Of a stretch of 64,000 nucleotides of DNA, positions 26,165 through 38,600 are shown piece by piece. A program made the position numbers and the translations under genes. This stretch comes from Lama glama (taxonomy: Eukaryota). The stretch is from contig CM052817.1 in the NCBI GenBank assembly GCA_028534125.1, positions 5,334,001 to 5,398,000 of the forward strand, written 5' to 3'. The notes below the pieces were generated by a model. The model searched no databases. It saw only the letters and a program-made list of their open reading frames with translations, and was not told the DNA's origin. The first letter of the stretch is position 1; each line of letters starts with the position of its first letter.

Positions 26165-26178
26165 GCTCCCTCTGGTGG
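26165..26178 (-). promoter_or_regulatory. CTCF core motif
   Basis: Minus strand CCACCAGAGGGAGC, a close match to the CTCF consensus CCASYAGRKGGCRS. Confidence 0.6.
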
Positions 26179-27949
26179 GCAAAGCGTCAGTAAAGTCTAC
26201 AGTGGTTAATTGTGGCTTGTATTATGAAAAACTTATTGTTTCAAACACATTAGGTTTAAAATTGACTTAAAAAGAGGCCCCTGCAGAACGCCGGTAAAAG
26301 AGAGGGAATAAACGAGAGGAATGAAAGTCTGATGTATTGAATGGACTCCTGTAACTGGGCTATGAAGAGTTGTAACTTTAAACTCAGTAGTACTTTTTTA
26401 TTCCTGACTTTCAGGTCCTCAAGGTCTGTAAATACAAGAATTCGCCTGCTCTTGCTTGTCACAGTCTAACATATGCCTATTTGTCAAAACTTTCTTATGG
26501 CGCTCATGAGCTTTGTTTAACCCAGAGAAGTGAGTCTTTTCATTTCACAGTATTGTGCACATTCCTGTTCACTTTCTAGACAGATGATAAGAAAACCCTG
26601 GTAAAATCAACACTTGTCTTTTATAGTCTAAGTAGAAATGGCAGACTGCAGCCTATCTTAACTTACAGAAATTGAGAAAGGAATTAAAAAGCATGAGTTT
26701 TGAATTATAAACACTTTTGGACTTTGCCAGTAATTATGTGATCTTGGAGAACTCACCTACTTCTTCTTTGGTTTGGTTTTTGTTTCCTTATTTTTCATCT
26801 TTCTTGTTTGTTTAATGAGGGGCTTTGACTAGATAGTTGTTAAGGACCTTTCCAACAGGATGGCTCCAGGGTTTAGTACTCTTCTTGCACAAAGTCACAG
26901 GATGTATTTTTAAATGCTTTTTGCGATAACTGCCCAATGCCTTGTAATATTTCCCCACTGAGTGCCCATATACTCAGAATATTTCGCCTAGATTAAAAAA
27001 TGAGTTTGTTTTTCAAAGTCGTTTGGTATGTTTCCACAAATGTATTTGATTTAGTAGTGATTATATACTCTTACAATGGGTGGTTATCAGCAGGACATGT
27101 TTTTAAAGTTGATTAATTTAAAAATCTGATTATAAAAATAGTGCTCATTAAGCAGAATAAAAAAGAAAGTAAAGTTCACTAGTACTACTGGCCAGAAATA
27201 CCCACTGTTTTTATTTTGGGGTGTATTTTTTCAGACATTTTTCCTATTAAACAAAAACAGAATTTTTCTACAATGCTGCTTTGTAGCTCCTCTATTTCTG
27301 TCTTGTCTTGCCTTTTTTACTTAACATATTGTGAACGTTTTTCTATGTCAGTATATATTGTTCTTGTCACTGATTAAAATAATCACTGACATTAAAAATG
27401 TCACTGCATAGCCATTAAAAATAATATCACATAATTTATTTACCTGAACCTTTATTGAAAGATATTTAAGCTGCTTACATTTTTACTAGATCTGTTTCAA
27501 ATTTATAATCTCTTTAAGATAAAAGGCAAGCTATATATAAATTCACTTTACTTGTTTTCTGTGTAATTTTTCCTCAGATACAAAAAACTGGATGCCCTAT
27601 TCAATAAAAAGAAAATTACCTCTAATTTTGGGGAAAGTATAAAATGTATTGGAACTTATTTCAGTGCTGGAGTAGTATGCAAAAGGGGTAGGTGATAGGA
27701 GCAGGCTAGCCAGGAAAGCGTTTATGTGGGAGCAGAGCCTTGAAGAGCAAGTAGAGTTGGGTTGGGGTGGAGCCTAAGTATGTGCATTTCAGTGACAGTG
27801 AGGAGACTGGCTGACGAGGCTGTTGGGTTCTTCTTGGTCAGCAGCGTGGAACACACTTGGGGAGGTGCTTATGGCCTGGAGGTTACAGAAGGCCTTTGGA
27901 GCTTTTGTACAAAAATCAATCGCCATCCAAGTCTAATTAATGACCACTT

Positions 27950-28930
27950 AAAACAGAATGAAACCATTTACAGTAATAACAGAAAGCATTTCTTGAAGTG
28001 ACCTTAGTAAGAAATGTAAATGCCCCGCTTGAAGTCATTTACTCCTAAATTAGTTTGTAGATTTAGTGCAGCTTTAATCAAAACTCCAACAGAAAGTAGT
28101 TCTAAAATTCATCTAGAAAGTAGTTCTCAAATTCAGCTGGAAAAAAATGATGTGAAAATAGCTGATTTTTGAAGAAGAGTGGAAGGGTGTGTGTTGGGGG
28201 TGGGCTTACTCACCTTACCAAATATTAAAACATTTTAAAGCCAGAAAATAATACATGCACACATGGATCAATCAGGGAAGCCTGTTAGGCCAGGGGAGTG
28301 TGTGTAACTTTTAATGAGAGGCATTGTCAATCAGTAAGAAAAAGAAAGTTTATTCAGTGATTTGGGAATAATTGGTTAGCACTTTGAAAAAGTTTTTTTT
28401 TAGGTCCTTATCTCTTACTGTACACAGATTAAAGTAAATTTCCACATAGACTAAAGATTTCATTGTGGAAACAAAACTGAAGAAAATGAAAATGGAGTGA
28501 ATATTGACTTGTCTTCTGGAAGTGGGAGGACTTCCTGAATTTAAAAATTAGCAGCAGTGGTCTTAATGATGGTGTAGATTTTGACGATGATCATCCTGGC
28601 AGCTGTCACCAGTACTTTACGTAGAGACATGATAGCGTTATTCCCAGGTACAGGGAAATTACTAGGTTAGTAGGGCATACTGAAGAGTTTGTCATCACGT
28701 GAGGATTGCTCACATTCTCATGTTAGGTTAAAAAATTACTACCAAAACCAGATACAGTTAAAACTATGTATGCAGAGCCAACCAACTCTAGGCATGGAAA
28801 TAATGAGTAGAAGGGAATACACCAGGATGTTAACAATGGCTCTTTCTGGGTGATGGGACTATGGTGATTTATTTTTCTGCTTCTGTCTTCCTGAATTTCT
28901 TTAATGAGCACATACTACTCTTGAAATGTA
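27950..28930 (+). mobile_element. Highly degraded L1M(E) fragments
   Basis: ORF2-like aaccatttacagtaataac, gttctaaaattcatct, atagactaaagattt; 3' UTR-like tctgggtgatgggactatggtgattt. Confidence 0.55.
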
Positions 28931-29249
28931 AAACAAAACAGAACAAGTAAAAACTCCAGGCAGAGGAGTTTTTATTTGCTGCAGAAGGAAATGGAGAAGA
29001 ATTAGTATCTTTTGATTGGAAAGATGTCATGAAAAAGCCGTATCTAATTACATATTAAATGCACAGCGGAGGGGGTCCCTGTTTAAAGGAAGTCTGCGGT
29101 AAATCTTTTGTAAAGGGAGTCGTTTTCCTGTAACTTGGCTGGATTTCCAGTTCAGACTTCCTTAACCTGTACAAGAAAATCATCCACAATGTTTCATTGA
29201 TGTCTTCGCTTTCTGGTTGTCATTCTGCAAAGTAATAAAGGATAATAAT

Positions 29250-29400
29250 AACTACCACTTGCTGAGCACCTACTCTGCCTGGCACTGCGCTCAAAGCTTT
29301 GTCATTTAGTTGACTGTCCTTGAAAGTTAGGTTCCTTTACTCATGAGGAAACTGAGGTTCAGCAGGTTAAGTGCCCTGCCCAGGACGATGTCACATTGAC
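29250..29400 (-). mobile_element. MIR SINE
   Basis: gaggaaactgaggttcagcaggttaagtgccctgccca. Confidence 0.75.
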
Positions 29401-30279
29401 GAGCTTGCGCTGTGTTCCTCCGATCGCCTGCCACCTCCCCTGGCTCCCTGCGTGCATGGTCAGACCCCCGGTGCTTTTCTCCTTGGCATGTTGTCTTTAG
29501 GAGCGTATTTTGCTGCATACATCACAGGTATTTGAAGGTGCCTGACTAGCTTTTGGGGAAATAAGCTGCCTCCAAATCAAACTGTTTTTAAAATCAACAG
29601 TTACCTAGTGGCCGTGTATTTCTTATGAGTAGTGTTGAGGAGCGCTTTTGGTGAAAGGAAAAAGGTTTGTGATTTTAGTTAGTAAAATCATTGCGAAGGA
29701 AGGAGACGCAGTTTCTACATTATATATTTGAAAAAAGTCTAATTCCCTTTTCTGTTGTTGGGACACTACTTTGCTGTTTGTTTATCTGTGCATTCAGCAG
29801 CCCCACACAGGACTCTGGAGCTGAGAGGGCTTTTCACAATTGCGCAAGTGAGGCAAGGGGCCAGGCCTTTAAAACCATTGCATTGGTCAGCCGGTGGATG
29901 AGGACTTGCTTCAGGGACGAGGCATAGAGTTGGGTGAGGCAGCTTCTTTCTGCTGAGGACAGTGCCTTGAGAGAGGAGACCCAGCTGTGAGCTGTCAGCA
30001 GACAGTTCTTCTGGGAGCTGGGAGAGTGAGGGCCTTCATCTTGAAGGCACAGCTCTGCCACGCTACCTGTTAGATTTGTTTTGAGGACTGAGTGCGATAT
30101 TTTATGTAAGGCTGCTGGCGTTGTATCTGGCACATTAGAGATAGTCATTAAATGGCAACTTTGTTATCAGCTTGTATTTATTGACTATCCCATGAGCAAA
30201 GGAAGGCGCTTTGGGATGGAAAGATGAATGAGACTTTCATCTTGACATTGATATGTTAACACCCTAGAAGAGGGCTTTC

Positions 30280-30700
30280 ATCAGTTCAGTAAGTATTTTT
30301 CGAGTGTCTTCTGTAGGCTCTGTGCTGTGTATGACTCCAGGGATGGAGCGAAGGTGAGACAGACAAAACCCTACTGTTGTGGAGCTTGCATTCTAATGGG
30401 ACACTTACAGCAAACAAGAAAACAGATAAAAAGGATACTTATGTCAGGTAGTGATAAGTAAATTCATAAGACATACTCATAAGGAGTTATAGAAATCTTC
30501 AAAAGAGCAACTTTGAGAATTAAGAGAACAGAGAGGTTACTTCTGGGTGAGGTTGGGGGGAGACTTCATGGAAGAGGTGACACTGAGGTGGGCCTCAGAG
30601 ATATGGAGAGAGGAGAAGCGGGACAGGAGCACATGACAAAGCTCTGAGAGCGGGGAGGCACAGGATGGAGGAATCTGCAGGAAGTTCAGTTTAACGGGAA
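30280..30700 (-). mobile_element. L2 fragment
   Basis: Antisense L2 tail (cagtaagtatttttcgagtgtc...gacagacaaaaccctactgttgtggagcttgcattcta). Confidence 0.65.
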
Positions 30701-33700
30701 GGAGTGAGAAGCAGGAGGTGGTGGGGTGAGCCAGTGTTGTCTCTTGGTCCCCCTGGACCCACTCTCTGTCCTTTCCACTCTGCTCCTGCCCCAGGAGGCT
30801 GATCTTTCTGGGGTGCCTGGCTATGTTTCCTTGCTCTCTGGCTTCTGATTGGGTGCAGCCAGTGGGAGACACCAGCAGGCGACTGGAAGGCTGGAGGAGG
30901 GAGGGGTTGGTGTGGGAACTGGGGAAAGGCTTTGCGCCCACAGTCCGTTACTCAGATTAGCTGTCTGCCCAGCAGCCCTGGAGTTTTTCCTCTGGGCATG
31001 TCTAGCATCCCATGGGTTAGAACGGGTTTAGCCAATAGGCTGACCCCAGCCAGCAGCAGACACTGCAGCCCCACTCAGGAGTGACCCTGAGAGATAATGA
31101 CAAAGGGAGTTCCTCTTCATGAACCGAACTATGGACAATTCATCTTTGCCATTTTATTTAAGATGGTTTTTAAAGGCAGTGTATGTCTCTCTCTCCCTCA
31201 AAACTGCAATAAGGAAAAGTCAAGAATTTTAGGCTCAAGCAGGTTTTCTCTTAGTGATGTGGCAGTTCATACTTTTCTTCCAAATATGCTCTGAAAGGTT
31301 AGAGGTGGTAAATGGCTCTTGTGGTATTTTGACTATAAATCTGAACTGGAATGGAATCTGTAACCCATTATCAGATTCTGAATCAAGCCGCCTTGTCTTT
31401 CTCCTGTTTTGTTTCAGTGAAAATGTGTGTTTTTATTCTGTCAATGGACAGTTTACATTCCTAATATACCTAATATTAAAAGGGAATTATATAATGAATA
31501 CTTGATGTGAAAGGGACTAGTTAAATACTTCACCTCCAAAGGAGTCCATTAAAGTAATAAGAAAATTACATTTAATTTTAAATGGTAGAAAGATTTTTTA
31601 ATGTTATTGCTATTAAGCATGTATTACACACACTCAGCCCATTTTTGCAAATGAATTCCCAAAGCACGATTCACCGTTATACAGGTGGAGAAGAAATATT
31701 CTTGCAAAATACAGTTAGCTGTCGTCTTCTTAACTGTGGAGAGAGGCGTACTTTTCCAAAGAATAGAATGTGATGGTTGATTGGAAACTTTTGGAGTTAC
31801 AGGCTTTTAGCCGTACCTCTTGAAATAAGAAAATAGATATAAATGGGTCCCCAGATGAAGGCGTGGTGGGGTACTTTATAGCCCTAATTGACTCCAGACA
31901 TAGAGGCCATGATTTGTAAGCAAGCAGTGACAAGAGGAAGTTAAATCAAAATTAAATTAAGGGAAGGAGTTAAAAAAAAAAAGGGATATCAAGGAGAGGT
32001 GATGAATTTTCTGAAGGCTTCTAAATACTTATCTGTGGGTAAGTGGGAAATCTATGAATATATCTCAGTCTGTCAGAGGATGAAATCTGGAAACATTTCA
32101 GTCCTAAAAAAGACCGCTTTTCTGAAGGTCTTTTTTTGTGCTCATTACTTGGTACGCTTCAGTCAGCACAGGCATATTTGCTTCTATACTTTTCCATGAC
32201 TCAACTGGCAGTAAAAAAATCAACATCTCCCATGGTACACATGAGGTGATGTTTTGGGAGGGTTGGTTTTTCTGTCTATATTTTGACATTTTGTTGTTGT
32301 TCAGCTCATGTAAATAAAACTCTGGGAATCAGAGCCTACTGGATGCTCATCCGCACTGACCACCATCTTTGCAGTTGTCTCAGTCAGTTTCCCTTTTGCT
32401 GGCCTCCCCTGTCCAGTGAGTTCTCAGGCCCAGGAGGACAGGGGCCTCGTCCCTCTCCCCATCCCAGCACAGAGCACAGTGCAGAGCTCAATGTATACTG
32501 GCGAAATTAATTCTTGCCTTGTGCTTCCTCTTTTTCTCAACCAGCCCACTGCTCCCATGTGGGCTCCTGCCCTCACCATCTTGAGCCTAAGCTGATGCAA
32601 CAGCACTGAGCGCTCCCCATCCTCCGCCCCCTCAGAGCCAAGCCACTGTGCAGAAAATTCTGTTTTCATTATGTTACTTTGCTCAGAAGTGTTCAATACT
32701 GCTCATTTCTCACACAATGAATTCTGTTATTTGGCTGGTGTTCAAAGGTCTTTATAAAACTAGCCCTACCCACTCTTCCAGTTTTACATCCCACACTTGC
32801 CTGAATCATCCCACCAGCTTTAACCAAGCTGCTCTGTTCACAGACTCCTCTGCTTTCTTGTCTCCTTGCTTGGCTCCTGCTAGGTCTCTTGCCTGGACGG
32901 CTCGCTCCCCTTCACTTACTCATAGTCTGCCCATCTTTAAAGGCATGTTCTACCCTATACTAATCTCTCTTCTGAATCCAAAGCATTTGCTGCCTGTATT
33001 ACTCGTTAAGCCAAGAACTATGTGTGGCTTACGACAGCCTTTGCATTATTGTTTGGTGGTGTTATTATTGTTTTTGGAGATCTAATTGGCTTTATTCAGT
33101 GATTGGTGAATCAGGCAGTATCTCACCTAGTAAAGAGAGGCTCTCGCGCGTTTAATGATTGCATTGTTGCTGAACTTTCCAGGTGCTGTTGTGTTGGCTC
33201 CCAAACTACATTGTTTACTTTTGAGCATGGGGGATGGAAAAGGGAAGGGTAAGACTCTGACAGGATGCTTCTTAATATTTCCCTCGGTGGCTTTTGTAAC
33301 TAGTACTGCAGCTGTTAGACAGGACCCTCACCACGTCTTAATCATTTTTGCATTCCCAGTACCTAGCACCGCGCCTGGCCCATAGTATGGATTCAGTACA
33401 TGGTATGTGACTAAATGAATAGAAGGCATTCTCAAATATTTGTATCCTAGTTTGACCCAAAGCTGAAAGAATCAACATGAGTGATTTTTCATTTTCTAAA
33501 TGCCATAAAAATCCAGTTTTTCATTTAGCTTTTTTCACCATTAACAGTTCTCCCTCAAGCACTTCTCCCTTCTGCCTGCCTTCAGCGTCGTACTGAAATG
33601 TAAATCAGTTTCCTTTAATTCTTTTCCCTGTGAAATTGGAGAACAGCTGTTTAGTCACCTCCTTATAAATAACCCTTCAACAAGTTAAATTGCCTCTAGG

Positions 33701-34689
33701 ACTTGCTTTCTCCAGATTAAATTATCCCAAAGCCTTTTCTTTTTCTCATAAAGGCCTTTGCAGAAAGAAGCATTTGTTATTTTTTTATTTCTTTTTCTAG
33801 CTCTTTATAAGGCTTTATTCTTTTCATGAAGGTACCATAGGAGGCCCCTGTGAGGGCCTGGTTCATGCTGTCTGGAGAGGAAGGCATCTTGAACCTCCTC
33901 TTATTTGTGTCTTGGAATATCCTGTTGACATTTTTCCCCGTTGCCTATCGGATTTAACTTGTGGTCTACTCTGCTCTCTCCTTGTTTTGTTTCCTTTTCC
34001 TGTGCACTTCTTCAAATGCGTAACTTGATTTTCTTCCCACAGACATTAACTTGCTGTATCACGAGTCCTAAGATTACAAGTTACAGAGAACCCAATGCAA
34101 ATTAGCTTAAAATGTCTAAGGGAATTTATTGATTTATATCACTGAGAAGTCTAGTGATACGACTTGACCTCTGGCATGGCTGGACCCAGGGGGACAAAAC
34201 AGTGTTACAGTGAGAAGAGGCCTTTCTTCTCACTCCCTCTGTTCTGCCTTTATGGGATTAGCATCTCCCGAAAGGCACCTCCGAGCTCTTGCTTTGCGGT
34301 AGCTCTCGAGCTGCAGCACCTGCAGCCCTTGCTTGCCATTCTGCCCCATCCAGAGGAGGAGAGACGCTCTTTCCTCGGAGCACCCCCCAGAATCTGAGTG
34401 AGTCAGGTGCCTATCCTTCAGCCCGTGTCCAGAGGGAAAGGATGTACTACATAGCTTGGCCTGCTGAGGACCCCACTCTGCAGCTGGGGCAGTGTCACCT
34501 GCACCCAGGACACATCGCTGAGAATAGAGGAGGAGTGATTTCCAAAGGAAATCTGGGGAGCTGCTCCCCGGAGGAGGGCACTGGATGTGGGTGTCCACTG
34601 CACTCCGAATTGTGCTTCTTCACTCTGCCTTAGACAAATTATTAATATTGCTTTGAACTGGAGGTGTCTCTGAGAGTGAAGTCTTCACT

Positions 34690-35660
34690 CCCTCACTCTT
34701 TATTGAACATCCAATGTGCCAGGCATGCAACTAGGTATTGGGTGTACAAACATGAGCGAGTCAATCCCTGACTAGGAGAAACACATAGTCCAGTGAAAAG
34801 ATAGACCAACAGGCAGATAATTAAAGCATGTTATGGTAAGTGCTGCTCTCAGAGTATATATGGACACGGAGGTAGAAGTGAAGAACCCAGTGGGCGGGGC
34901 TTGAAGCGGGGAGGGCTTCACAGGAGAGGTGCGTTTTGAGCTAAGCCTTGACGGGTAAATGGGATTTCCCTAGAATGGGGAAAGAAGGGCATTGTCCTGA
35001 AGGCCATGGTGACCCATGAAACGTTTTCAGTGGGGGACTGGCAGGATCAGGTATGGATTTTAAAGATCATTCTGCCAGCCATTGGTAGATTGGTAGTGGA
35101 GGTGAGGACTAGCAACAAGGAGGGGGAGCCATTGACTGTTGCAGTAATCAGGTCCAAGCAAGCCCCAGTGAAGGCCTGAACTAAGCCAGTGAGTATAGGG
35201 ACAGAGGACAGTTTTCAGAGAGATTGTTAGGATTTAGGACCCGTTAGATACAGGAGATGAAAATCAATGGTTCTAGATGACTTCGAGATTTCAGTTGTGG
35301 GTGCCTGGATGAGCTCAGTTTTGTGGTTATTTGAGGTGCCTGCTGAACACACGCCCAAGGGAACATGTTTATCAGGCAGCGGTAAATACGGAAATGGACC
35401 TCAGGGAAGGTTTCTGAGCCCAGAGACTTAGACTGGGAGACATCAGAGTATAGGTAGAGGTTGAAACCTTGAGGAGAGAGTGAGGTTACCCGAGAGGAAT
35501 TTCAAATGAGAAGAAAAGAGGCCCTCAAAGTGGGGAATGGCAACATTTGAGAGACTGATAGAGGAGGAGTCAGAGAAGGAGGCTGCGGAGAAGGTAGGCA
35601 TATGGGTCCCTCCAAATACTAGACCTCTTCTTACCTTGATAAAGGCAGTGTCACCTGGGG
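34690..35660 (-). mobile_element. L2 fragment (~1 kb)
   Basis: tttattgaacatccaatgtgccaggc...; ggcctgaactaag; gagctcagttttg...tttgaggtgcct. Confidence 0.75.
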
Positions 35661-38600
35661 TGGTTGGTGGCATGGTGGTTAAGAGCAAGGACTCTAGGCG
35701 CTACTGCCTCCTGGTGTGTGACTTGTGGGCACATTACTCCACTGCATTTCCCGATCTAGGTGATGGGAATAAAGTAGTATGTAACTTTGGAGGACAAGAT
35801 GAGTAAAGCACCTGGAAAGTGCTTGGCGCATAGGAAAGTTTATGAAGTGTTTGGTAAATAAACATGGAAACCAATAAACACATGTGCCCTGCCTTTGTGC
35901 ATCTGTCTGTCTCTCTGAGCTTACATACCTGCTGGCCAGTTAATCTGAAATCTAAAATTTGTTTATTTGGACTTAAATAATTTACTCTTCTGAAAACTCT
36001 GGTGGTTCCAGTGTAACAGTGCAAGTATCTGACTTCTTGAAGGTTTTCTAGGGTATTTAATTGGATTATTTTTTCTACTGGCTATTCATTTTACCTCTGA
36101 TGTACTTTTGTTTCTTCCACACTTCACATATGTTTAAATTGTTCCTAATAACCTCATGGCATACAGCTTTCTCCTCTCTCTCTCTCTCTCATTTTGTTTT
36201 TAGATACTCTTCCCCAGAATCATTCCTAAAGTTCTGGAATGCTCTGTTAGTTGCTCCCCCACATTTTGGTCAGTTTCTGGCATGTTACTTTTAATCAGGC
36301 TACTTTTCTCATCCATCTGTAGGAATTGGCAATATTTTCAACTCCTCTCCATTATGGTCAGGAATATGAACTTGCTGTCTTTTCTTCTTCCTTTTGGATT
36401 TTCCCAAGTAAATGTCTCGAACCGCTGATTAGATCTGTGTGCCCACAATAACATAAGCAGGCATGAAACTTAAATCTGATTTGAAGGAGTGTTGTGCAGA
36501 GTCTGTCACTCCATTAAAGTCTCTTAGCGTCTAGGTTAAAACTGAACAGTATTCAGGGTGTGAGTCTTTTGTAGAATCTCTGACACTTGTTGAACCAGAC
36601 ACTGTGTGCGTTCATTTTTAAATAACAGGGTGGGTCACTTTTTTATTTATTATGAACACAAACACTGATGCTAACAAGTGACATGTGAAAGGAAAACAGG
36701 CGATAGTGATGAAAACCATTTAATGATTAGTGAGGAAACAAATATTGCTTAATGAAAATAAAAACCATGTCTAAAGAGCCTAATGCTGACTTTTGGAAAT
36801 ATAACCATGTTGCGGTCTGTTGTGTACCCTCTGTCCTGTACAGTAGATATTGTTTAAAATTGCTTGGGAACTGGAGCTTGCAATTGTGAGCCTGGAATGT
36901 CCTGCAGATAATTAAGTTGTGGTCAGGCTTTGGAAAAATAAAAAGTTCTCGAACTATGATTTTATAAACATGCTACAATAACATTTCTTTATATTTAACA
37001 GTTTCTTATAGAAAGCTGATACTCTCATGAGGCATTGATTAAAGGTAAAACATCAAGAAAGAAAAAATATTAAATTAAAACTTCACTTAGGATGTTGACA
37101 GTTGGCTTGTAATATTAAACAGATGTGTATGTTCCTGGGGATATTCTTCTTTCTGAACTGAATTGCTATGTTGTATTTTTTTTTTAATGACAACTACAAA
37201 TTTTTGATCAGTTAATAATTTTAAATGCCCTTTCTACAATCTTCTGTATTCTAACTTCATCTGTAGTTTGAGCCCTCGCAATGATATAATGATTGGTGAA
37301 ACCTTTGCTGCCTCTTCTAAAGCCTTTCATTTTCTTTCCTTCTTCATTTTCCCCCTTCTCTTAAAGCTTAACTGGGCTCTTCTGATTTCGTGATGCATTC
37401 TTGGAGATTGATTCCTTGGAATAATTTTAGGATCACAGAGTGGAATTCTACCCTTTTAGATTTATGTCTGTAGTTTACTTCTGTGTAAGTTTCACATTGG
37501 CATTTGAGTGCACGAGTTGACCTCCGTTGTGGTATTGTGTTTGTGTGGTCATTTGTAAAGGCTTCATGATACGTACGTAGAGCCAGCCACGAAGATCAGC
37601 CTGTACCCCCACACTTTGGGGCCAAAGAAATGTCAGTGAGGGGACCTAAAGGAAGCCACACCATGGAGCAAAAAGAGATTCAGTAAATTCTTCTTTTTGC
37701 TTAGAAGAATTTTGCCATATTCGGCAAATAACAGAGTCCAGTAAGGGCAGTGGAAGGGGTAGGGTGGGCTGGGAGGAGTGGGCTAGGTGGGTGGGTAGAC
37801 TCTGGTAAGTAGAGGAGGAGTCAGGTCAGATTTTGTAGAATGAGGTGAAGACATTTTGCATCTTCAAAGATTCTTCATATCTAATCACAAGACTAGATAA
37901 GTTGTTCATTGTGTTTGAGCTGATGAAATTTTTTAATTCTGAAGATCATTTGAATTGTAAGTCTGATATGTGGACATCTTAAGTTTCCTGAAAGATGTAT
38001 TTCACTAGGCAGGAGTCTGATTAACCTGGAAGAACAGTTTAGTTGGTTTGGGTAGATTTATTTATCTTGGAACTATGTATTGTTTGCACAGTCTTCTTTT
38101 TGGAATCGGTGTTTTTTCTCTGCAGATTCCATTTGGGGAGCTCTGATTTGGGGCCTAGTATTTGGAAGGCATTTCCAATAAACACAAACAAAGACCCTCT
38201 AGACTGTCTGAATAAAGATAAAGACATATTTTAGCATGCAAAACTTTAACCTCAAAAATAATGAATTTTTAATAACACAATATTTAACATGACTATTTGT
38301 TCTTTATACCTAATAATGTAAATAGTTTTTAAATATCCTAGAGTTTGATTTGGAAGCAAAGATTTTTTTTTCTTTTAAAGAAGTGCATTTTTATATGAAA
38401 GGATTTGATGAGTATGCATTTCAGGTGTTCAACCTCTTCTGTTTTAGAATGAATTTATTTTGTGTGTGGGAGGAAGGAGAGCAAATTTCTGTATTTGATG
38501 TCTTAGCGGATTTAATTGAATCATTGCCATATTCTGCTAGAAATTTGTGATGCTGATTAACGATACCCTTTTGGAAAGAGTTGGAAACCTTGAGCTATGT

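Noticed and set aside
29839..29848. C/EBP-like palindrome attgcgcaag
   Set aside because: Single isolated motif with no supporting context.
37488..37510. tcacattggca resembling the start of STX18 exon 2
   Set aside because: No acceptor and no continued ISHIGKLRDF frame.
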